DNA of 64,000 nucleotides from Escherichia coli (GTDB lineage Bacteria; Pseudomonadota; Gammaproteobacteria; Enterobacterales; Enterobacteriaceae): NCBI RefSeq assembly GCF_041886205.1, contig NZ_CP169029.1; one strand, 5' to 3'. Shown piece by piece: positions 57,111 to 64,000 of this stretch (position 1 is its first letter; each line of letters starts with the position of its first letter). The notes under the pieces were generated by a model. It saw only the letters and a program-made list of their open reading frames with translations, ran no database searches and was not told where the DNA came from. The position numbers and the translations under genes were made by a program.

Positions 57111-57303
57111 CCTGAAAGTATGCCTTCACGATAAGATTGTCAATCCGCAGGCTTTGTAGTCTGCGATCCTGCCAGCAAATATTCTTTGCGAGTCGTTACG
57201 CAATAATCACAGAGGAAACTATTTTATTCACGCGTTAGCGATAGACTGCATTCAGGGCGAAAGGAGGTAAGCCGATGATTTCAGCGGGACGCTGAAACGG
57301 GAA

Positions 57304-57439
57304 AGCCTCTCCCGGAGAAGAGGGCTTTTAATAAGGAAAGGGTTATGATGAAGCTACTCATCATCGTGGTGCTCTTAGTGATTAGCTACCCAGCATACTA
57401 AGACTACCAGGGCGGGGGAAACCCCGCTCTACCCTCATT
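57304..57439 (-). ncRNA. Sib-family antisense antitoxin RNA, copy 2 (ends approximate)
   Basis: Placed by offset from copy 1 within the repeat unit. Confidence 0.5.
57345..57401 (+). CDS. Ibs-family type I toxin (18 aa), copy 2
   Basis: MMKLLIIVVLLVISYPAY. Confidence 0.85.
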   Translation: MMKLLIIVVLLVISYPAY

Positions 57440-57631
57440 CCTGAAAGTATGCCTTCACGGTCAGATTGTCAATCTGCAGGCTTTGCAGTCTGCGATCCTG
57501 CCAGCAAATATTCTTTGCGAGACGTTACGCAATAATCACACTGGAAACTATTTTATCCGCAAGTCAGCGATAGACTGCATACAGGGCGAAAGGAGGTAAG
57601 CCGACGATTTCAGCGGGACGCTGAAACGGGA

Positions 57632-57767
57632 AAGCCCCTCCCGAGGAAGGGGCCATAAATAAGGAATGGGTCATGATGAAGTGGATCATCATCGTGGTGC
57701 TCTTAGTCATAAGCTTCCCGGCTTACTAAGACTACCAGGGCGGGGGAAACCCCGCTCTACCCTCACT
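57632..57767 (-). ncRNA. Sib-family antisense antitoxin RNA, copy 3 (ends approximate)
   Basis: Placed by offset from copy 1 within the repeat unit. Confidence 0.5.
57673..57729 (+). CDS. Ibs-family type I toxin (18 aa), copy 3
   Basis: MMKWIIIVVLLVISFPAY. Confidence 0.85.
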   Translation: MMKWIIIVVLLVISFPAY

Positions 57768-57959
57768 CCTGAAAGTATGCCTTCACGGTCAGATTGTCAA
57801 TCCGCAGGCTTTGTAGTCTGCGATCCTGCCAGCAAATATTCTTTGCGAGTCGTTACGCAATAATCACACTTGAAACTATTTTATCCGCAAGTCAACGATA
57901 GACTGCATACAGGGCGAAAGGAGGTAAGCCGACGATTTCAGCGGGACGCTGAAACGGGA

Positions 57960-58095
57960 AAGCCCCTCCCGAAGAAGGGGCATTAAATAAGGAAAGGGTC
58001 ATGATGAAGATACTCATCATCGTGGTGCTCTTAGTGATTAGCTACCCAGCATACTAAGACTACCAGGGCGGGGGAAACCCCGCTCTACCCTCACT
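57960..58095 (-). ncRNA. Sib-family antisense antitoxin RNA, copy 4 (ends approximate)
   Basis: Placed by offset from copy 1; the downstream flank of this unit diverges. Confidence 0.45.
58001..58057 (+). CDS. Ibs-family type I toxin (18 aa), copy 4
   Basis: MMKILIIVVLLVISYPAY. Confidence 0.85.
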   Translation: MMKILIIVVLLVISYPAY

Positions 58096-58274
58096 CCTGA
58101 AAGTATGTCACTCAACCCTTGTTGTCAATCTGTAAGCCCACGTTCTTGCGAGGCGAATAGCAAAATTATCTACGCCGCCGGGCCTAATTCTGAAAGTTTC
58201 TTCGTTTGCTCTTATTTCATTATTGCAGTCGGTATGATACCGGACCTCAATAATTCTCTAAGAAAGGATTTCTT

Positions 58275-58934
58275 ATGAGCGAACAAATCACGTTTGCCAC
58301 CAGCGATTTTGCCAGTAACCCGGAACCACGTTGCCCCTGCATTCTGCTGCTGGATGTTTCTGGCTCGATGAGCGGCAGACCTATTAATGAACTTAACGCC
58401 GGATTGGTTACCTTTCGCGATGAGCTGCTTGCCGATCCGCTGGCCTTAAAAAGAGTGGAACTCGGTATTGTGACGTTCGGCCCGGTGCATGTGGAACAAC
58501 CCTTTACCAGCGCCGCTAATTTTTTCCCGCCCATCCTGTTTGCCCAGGGCGATACACCAATGGGGGCCGCCATTACCAAAGCCCTGGATATGGTTGAAGA
58601 GCGGAAACGTGAGTATCGTGCAAATGGTATTTCGTATTATCGCCCGTGGATTTTCCTGATCACCGATGGTGCACCAACCGATGAGTGGCAGGCTGCCGCC
58701 AACAAAGTGTTTCAGGGGGAAGAAGATAAGAAGTTTGCTTTCTTTTCCATTGGTGTTCAGGGGGCGGATATGAAGACGCTGGCACAAATCAGCGTTCGTC
58801 AGCCTTTGCCTCTGCAAGGATTACAATTCCGTGAACTGTTTAGCTGGTTATCCAGTTCGCTGCGTTCGGTTTCCCGCTCCACGCCGGGAACGGAAGTTGT
58901 GCTGGAAGCGCCAAAAGGCTGGACGTCAGTGTGA
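58275..58934 (+). CDS. yegL: von Willebrand factor A (vWA) domain protein
   Basis: MIDAS motif DVSGSMSG (DxSxS); 219 aa. Confidence 0.9.
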   Translation: MSEQITFATSDFASNPEPRCPCILLLDVSGSMSGRPINELNAGLVTFRDELLADPLALKRVELGIVTFGPVHVEQPFTSAANFFPPILFAQGDTPMGAAITKALDMVEERKREYRANGISYYRPWIFLITDGAPTDEWQAAANKVFQGEEDKKFAFFSIGVQGADMKTLAQISVRQPLPLQGLQFRELFSWLSSSLRSVSRSTPGTEVVLEAPKGWTSV

Positions 58935-59692
58935 GCTGGCGTCTGGTTTATGCATCCGTTGTTGGAACGTCGCACATTAGCGCTGATTTACCTTGTCAGG
59001 ATGCCTGCCAGATGCAGGTTGCCTGGCTAAATGACCAGCAGCCATTATTGTCGGTATTTGTCGCTGATGGCGCAGGCAGTGTCTCGCAGGGTGGCGAAGG
59101 CGCGATGCTCGCCGTCAATGAAGCGATGGCTTATATGTCGCAAAAAGTGCAGGGTGGGGAATTGGGGCTTAATGATGTCCTCGCCACGGATATTGTACTG
59201 ACTATTCGTCAGCGACTTTTTGCCGAGGCGGAAGCCAAAGAATTAGCGGTTCGCGATTTTGCCTGCACATTTCTGGGACTGATTTCATCGCCTGACGGCA
59301 CCTTGATTATGCAGATTGGCGATGGCGGCGTGGTGGTGGATTTTGGTCACGGTCTGCAATTGCCGCTTACGCCGATGGTGGGTGAATATGCCAATATGAC
59401 GCATTTCATTAGCGATGAAGATGCTGTTTCCAGACTGGAAACTTTCACCAGCAATGAGCGTGCGCATAAAGTTGCAGCATTTACGGATGGTATTCAGCGA
59501 CTGGCGTTAAATATGCTGGATAATTCTCCGCATGTGCCTTTCTTTACCCCGTTTTTCAATGGACTGGCGGCAGCAACGCAGGAACAACTCGATTTATTAC
59601 CTGAATTGTTAAAGCAGTTTTTGTCCAGCCCGGCGGTAAACGAGCGTACCGATGATGATAAAACGTTGGCACTGGCGCTGTGGTTACCATGA
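58931..59692 (+). CDS. yegK: PP2C-like Ser/Thr protein phosphatase
   Basis: GTG start overlapping the yegL TGA (GTGA); PP2C-like motif [15 protein letters not shown]; 253 aa. Confidence 0.85.
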   Translation: MSWRLVYASVVGTSHISADLPCQDACQMQVAWLNDQQPLLSVFVADGAGSVSQGGEGAMLAVNEAMAYMSQKVQGGELGLNDVLATDIVLTIRQRLFAEAEAKELAVRDFACTFLGLISSPDGTLIMQIGDGGVVVDFGHGLQLPLTPMVGEYANMTHFISDEDAVSRLETFTSNERAHKVAAFTDGIQRLALNMLDNSPHVPFFTPFFNGLAAATQEQLDLLPELLKQFLSSPAVNERTDDDKTLALALWLP

Positions 59693-61629
59693 AACCCACT
59701 TTATATACTGCTACTGGTGAGTGCGTTACGCCAGGCCGTGAACTGGGCAAAGGTGGTGAAGGCGCGGTTTATGATATCGAGGAGTTTGTCGATAGCGTCG
59801 CCAAGATTTATCACACGCCGCCACCCGCCTTAAAACAGGACAAACTTGCCTTTATGGCTGCGACAGCTGACGCGCAGTTGTTGAATTATGTCGCCTGGCC
59901 GCAGGCAACGCTTCACGGTGGACGAGGCGGAAAAGTTATCGGTTTTATGATGCCAAAAGTTTCTGGTAAAGAACCGATTCATATGATCTATAGCCCGGCA
60001 CATCGTCGCCAGAGTTACCCTCATTGTGCGTGGGATTTTCTACTCTATGTTGCGCGCAATATTGCTTCATCTTTTGCTACGGTTCACGAGCACGGGCACG
60101 TCGTGGGTGACGTAAACCAGAACAGTTTTATGGTAGGTCGCGACAGCAAAGTGGTACTGATTGATAGCGACTCCTTTCAGATTAACGCCAATGGCACACT
60201 GCATTTATGCGAAGTCGGCGTGTCGCATTTTACGCCGCCAGAGCTACAAACCTTGTCGTCATTTGTCGGCTTTGAACGCACAGAAAATCACGATAATTTT
60301 GGCCTTGCGTTGCTGATTTTTCACGTCTTGTTTGGTGGCCGGCATCCTTATTCTGGTGTGCCGCTTATCTCTGATGCGGGTAATGCGCTGGAGACGGATA
60401 TTACCCATTTCCGTTATGCCTACGCGTCAGATAATCAGCGACGTGGTTTAAAACCGCCGCCACGATCGATTCCGCTATCGATGTTACCGAGTGATGTTGA
60501 AGCCATGTTTCAGCAGGCATTCACGGAAAGTGGCGTGGCAACCGGGCGTCCGACGGCTAAAGCGTGGGTAGCGGCACTTGATTCTCTGCGCCAACAGTTA
60601 AAGAAATGTCCCGTTTCGGCAATGCATGTTTATCCCGCTCATTTGACCGACTGCCCGTGGTGTGCGCTGGATAATCAAGGCGTTATCTATTTTATTGATC
60701 TCGGCGAAGAGGTCATTACCACCAGCGGTGATTTTGTGCTGGCGAAAGTCTGGGCGATGGTGATGGCGTCAGTAGCACCGCCAGCATTGCAATTGCCATT
60801 ACCCGATCATTTCCAACCGACTGGCAGGCCGCTTCCTTTAGGCCTGTTACGGCGCGAATACATCATTCTGATTGAGATCGCACTGTCAGCGTTATCGCTG
60901 TTGCTTTGCGGCCTTCAGGCAGAACCGCGTTATATTATTTTGGTTCCTGTGCTGTCGGCTATCTGGATTATTGGCAGTCTGACAAGCAAAGCGTACAAAG
61001 CAGAAGTTCAGCAACGCCGTGAGGCATTTAATCGCGCGAAAATGGACTATGACCATTTATTCAGCCAGATCCAACAGTTGGGCGGGCTGGAAGGTTTTAT
61101 CGCCAAACGGACGATGCTCGAAAAAATGAAGGACGAAATGCTCGGGTTACCGGAAGAAGAAAAACGTGCTCTGGCAGCACTTCACGACACCGCAAGGAAA
61201 CGGCAGAAGCAGAAGTTTCTGGAGGGATTTTTTATTGATGTTGCCTCTATTCCCGGCGTTGGCCCTGCGCGTAAAGCGGCGTTACGGTCCTTTGGTATTG
61301 AAACAGCAGCGGATGTTACCCGTCGTGGGGTTAAGCAAGTGAAAGGGTTTGGTGATCATCTGACCCAGGCAGTTATCGACTGGAAAGCAAGTTGCGAACG
61401 CCGTTTTGTGTTCAGGCCGAATGAAGCGGTAACGCCAGCAGACAGACAAGCGGTAATGGCGAAAATGACCGCCAAACGACATCGGCTGGAATCGACGTTG
61501 ACTGTCGACGCGACAGAGTTGCAGCGATTCCGCCTTCATGCTCCAGCACGGACCATGCCGTTGATGGAACCGTTACGTCAGGCGGCAGAAAAACTGGCTC
61601 AGGCGCAGGCTGATTTAAGCCGCTGCTGA
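59680..61629 (+). CDS. yegI: Ser/Thr protein kinase-like protein with C-terminal extension
   Basis: Kinase-like motifs GKGGEGAVY (glycine loop), HVVGDVNQNSFMV (catalytic loop) and IDSDSFQ (DFG-like). An alternative ATG at 59689 forms an ATGA overlap with the yegK stop. Confidence 0.85.
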   Translation: MVTMKPTLYTATGECVTPGRELGKGGEGAVYDIEEFVDSVAKIYHTPPPALKQDKLAFMAATADAQLLNYVAWPQATLHGGRGGKVIGFMMPKVSGKEPIHMIYSPAHRRQSYPHCAWDFLLYVARNIASSFATVHEHGHVVGDVNQNSFMVGRDSKVVLIDSDSFQINANGTLHLCEVGVSHFTPPELQTLSSFVGFERTENHDNFGLALLIFHVLFGGRHPYSGVPLISDAGNALETDITHFRYAYASDNQRRGLKPPPRSIPLSMLPSDVEAMFQQAFTESGVATGRPTAKAWVAALDSLRQQLKKCPVSAMHVYPAHLTDCPWCALDNQGVIYFIDLGEEVITTSGDFVLAKVWAMVMASVAPPALQLPLPDHFQPTGRPLPLGLLRREYIILIEIALSALSLLLCGLQAEPRYIILVPVLSAIWIIGSLTSKAYKAEVQQRREAFNRAKMDYDHLFSQIQQLGGLEGFIAKRTMLEKMKDEMLGLPEEEKRALAALHDTARKRQKQKFLEGFFIDVASIPGVGPARKAALRSFGIETAADVTRRGVKQVKGFGDHLTQAVIDWKASCERRFVFRPNEAVTPADRQAVMAKMTAKRHRLESTLTVDATELQRFRLHAPARTMPLMEPLRQAAEKLAQAQADLSRC

Positions 61630-61640
61630 GCCATTTTCTT

Positions 61641-62993
61641 TTAACGAAACACCACTTCCGCCCAGCGTGCCAGCCCGGCGGTGACGGAGCCAAAGTCATC
61701 GCCGCCTGCAATCGGAATTCCCGGCAACTGTTCTGCCAGCGCTTTTTTAATCAGCGGCGAACGGGCGCTACCGCCGGTCAGGTAGATAACGTCCGGTTTT
61801 TCCTGGGCGTTATCCAGGGCCAGTTGCACCTGTTCCAGAATCCGCGCCAGTGGCTGGCTGAGGGCGCTTTCCAGCCCTTGCTGGCTAATCAGCGTAGCCA
61901 GTTCATCGCTGATAAACGGCAGTGAGGCGCGGGTTTCCGCTACGCTTGAAAGAGCAATTTTGCACTCTTCTGCGCTACGCACCAGGCGATAGCTTAAACG
62001 CTGACGCCAGACTTTCTGTAGCAGGGCCACTTTTTCCGGTTCGCGGGCATCGCGTACCAGATCGTTAAGCAGACGACCGTTGGCACTACTGTAGAAATCA
62101 CTCTGCGCAGGTACGTCGTTGATGGCAACCGCATTCCACCACGGCAGAATCGGCAGGGCGATGCCTTTTTCGGTTTCGCCACCCATGCCCAGTAACGGCA
62201 TCAGGTTTTTAAACGCCAGTGCGATGTCCAGATCGTTACCGCCAATACGGCAACCACTGTGACCCAGCAGGCTGGCTTCACGATCGAGACGCGAACGCCA
62301 CTGCGGCCCCATCAGCAGCAATGAACAGTCAGTCGTACCACCGCCGATATCCACCACCAGCACCCGTTTTTCTTCCTGCAAGGTGGCTTCGTAATCCAGC
62401 CCAGCCGCGACCGGCTCGTACTGGAATACCACGTCCCTGAATCCGGCACGCTTCGCCGCGCGTTCCAGAATCCCTTGCGCCTGGGCGTTTGCTTCATCGC
62501 CGCCCAGCCCCTGGAAGTTGATCGGGCGACCAATCACCGCCTGAGTAATCGCTTCTGGCAGCTGCGCCTGCGCCTGCTGGCGAATGTGCAACATCATTGC
62601 GCAGACCAGATCCTCAAACAGCGCTACCTGCTGCGGTTTTAAGCCGCTGGCACCGAGGAACGATTTTGGTGATTTCACAAACCACACTTCTTCTGGATCA
62701 TCAATGTACTGTGCCAGTGAGGAAAGACCGAACTGCACGCTTTTCGCCGTAACATCGATATCTTCTTCGCGGTTATAACGAATCGCCCGACGTAACAGCG
62801 CCTGCGTTTCATCGTCGTCTGCCGGAACATCATGATGGCGGTACAGCCATTCACTTACTGCTTCACGCGTTGGCGCGCAAAGCATTGAAGGCAGCAGCGT
62901 GCTGTCGTTTTCCATTTTCAGTAATTGCGGTTTACCGTCACGCATGACCGCCACTGAACAGTTTGCTGTACCGTAATCAAAACCAATAAACAC
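61641..62993 (-). CDS. yegD: Hsp70/actin-fold ATPase family protein
   Basis: MFIGFDYGTANCSVAV (phosphate-1 motif) and DIGGGTTD; 450 aa. Confidence 0.9.
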   Translation of the reverse strand: MFIGFDYGTANCSVAVMRDGKPQLLKMENDSTLLPSMLCAPTREAVSEWLYRHHDVPADDDETQALLRRAIRYNREEDIDVTAKSVQFGLSSLAQYIDDPEEVWFVKSPKSFLGASGLKPQQVALFEDLVCAMMLHIRQQAQAQLPEAITQAVIGRPINFQGLGGDEANAQAQGILERAAKRAGFRDVVFQYEPVAAGLDYEATLQEEKRVLVVDIGGGTTDCSLLLMGPQWRSRLDREASLLGHSGCRIGGNDLDIALAFKNLMPLLGMGGETEKGIALPILPWWNAVAINDVPAQSDFYSSANGRLLNDLVRDAREPEKVALLQKVWRQRLSYRLVRSAEECKIALSSVAETRASLPFISDELATLISQQGLESALSQPLARILEQVQLALDNAQEKPDVIYLTGGSARSPLIKKALAEQLPGIPIAGGDDFGSVTAGLARWAEVVFR

Positions 62994-63126
62994 GAATTAA
63001 TCCCCATGCCGGTGAAGAAGGGGCGTGACTTTAGCGAAATGTTGCCGTCGCGACAACCGGAATATGAAAGCAAAGCGTAGCGTCTGAATAACGTTTATGC
63101 TGAAAGCGGATGAATAAGGAGATGCG

Positions 63127-63984
63127 ATGTATACCCTGAACTGGCAGCCGCCGTATGACTGGTCGTGGATGTTGGGATTTCTCGCCGCCCGTGCGGTGAG
63201 TGGTGTGGAAACGGTCGCTGAGGATTATTATGCCCGTAGTCTGGCGGTGGGCGAATATCGCGGCGTGGTGACTGCTATTCCGGATATAGCCCGCCATACT
63301 CTGCACATAAATTTAAGTGCAGGTTTAGAACCCGTTGCCGCTGAGTGTCTGGCGAAAATGAGCCGCCTGTTTGATCTGCAATGTAACCCGCAGATTGTTA
63401 ACGGTGCGTTGGGCAAGTTAGGCGCGGCGCGGCCCGGATTGCGTTTACCCGGCTGTATTGATGCTTTTGAGCAGGGTGTGCGGGCGATTTTAGGCCAACT
63501 GGTGAGCGTGGCGATGGCGGCAAAATTGACTGCCAAAGTTGTACAGCTTTATGGCGAACGGCTGGATGATTTTCCGGAGTATATCTGCTTCCCCACGCCT
63601 CAGCGGCTGGCAGCAGCCGACCCGCAGGCATTAAAAGCGTTAGGCATGCCGTTGAAACGGGCAGAGGCACTGATTCATCTGGCAAATGCGGCGCTGGAGG
63701 GCAGCTTACCAATGACAATTCCGGGCGATGTGGAGCAGGCGATGAAAACGCTGCAAACTTTTCCGGGTATCGGGCGCTGGACGGCGAATTATTTCGCTTT
63801 GCGTGGCTGGCAGGCGAAAGATGTTTTTCTGCCGGATGATTATCTGATTAAACAGCGATTTCCGGGGATGACACCGGCACAAATCCGCCGTTATGCCGAG
63901 CGCTGGAAGCCCTGGCGTTCTTATGCGCTGTTGCATATCTGGTATACGGAAGGCTGGCAACCAGACGGAACGGACGAATTGTAG
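63127..63984 (+). CDS. alkA: 3-methyladenine DNA glycosylase II
   Basis: MYTLNWQPPYDWSWMLGFLAARAV...; HhH-GPD region FPGIGRWTANYF...D. Confidence 0.95.
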   Translation: MYTLNWQPPYDWSWMLGFLAARAVSGVETVAEDYYARSLAVGEYRGVVTAIPDIARHTLHINLSAGLEPVAAECLAKMSRLFDLQCNPQIVNGALGKLGAARPGLRLPGCIDAFEQGVRAILGQLVSVAMAAKLTAKVVQLYGERLDDFPEYICFPTPQRLAAADPQALKALGMPLKRAEALIHLANAALEGSLPMTIPGDVEQAMKTLQTFPGIGRWTANYFALRGWQAKDVFLPDDYLIKQRFPGMTPAQIRRYAERWKPWRSYALLHIWYTEGWQPDGTDEL

Positions 63985-64000
63985 GCCTGATACGTCGCAT

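Larger units (their letters stand above)
56880..58165. repeat. Four tandem ibs/sib type I toxin-antitoxin units of about 330 bp each
   Basis: Four near-identical units, each holding an 18-aa hydrophobic ORF and conserved flanks. Confidence 0.9.

Noticed and set aside
56880-58165. Possible CRISPR array (regularly spaced repeats)
   Set aside because: The repeat unit is about 330 bp, contains a conserved small ORF and shows no short repeat-spacer periodicity. It matches the ibs/sib toxin-antitoxin repeat family instead.

Overview
This window reads as an Escherichia coli chromosomal segment covering yehP' through alkA, in reverse-complement orientation relative to my recollection of K-12 MG1655. 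All gene names are from recognition of translated ORFs and gene order; no database search was run. Core content: a yehP'-yehM-yehL / yehK-yehI-molR block, metG, apbC, the yehEDCBA fimbrial operon with an IS1 inside usher yehB, rcnB-rcnA-rcnR, the thiM TPP riboswitch with thiMD, yegXWVUT, fbaB, gatYZABCD-gatR, yegS, yegR, CyaR sRNA, yegQ, yegP, baeRS-mdtDCBA, four tandem ibs/sib type I toxin-antitoxin units, yegL-yegK-yegI, yegD and alkA. The strongest candidate for an uncharacterised system is the far-left block: a MoxR-type AAA+ ATPase (yehL) with yehM and yehP, next to three tandem giant paralogs (yehI and two molR copies), two of which carry an N-terminal WGR-like domain. The two molR copies are mosaic, with near-identical ends around a divergent low-GC interior, and the upstream copy is frameshifted beside homopolymer tracts. 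A second candidate is the translationally coupled yegL-yegK-yegI triad (vWA, PP2C-like phosphatase, Ser/Thr kinase-like) with the Hsp70-like yegD. Other notable points are the rcnA frameshift, the four-copy ibs/sib array, the IS1 with a perfect 9-bp target duplication, and the apparent absence of the ogrK/yegZ prophage remnant.
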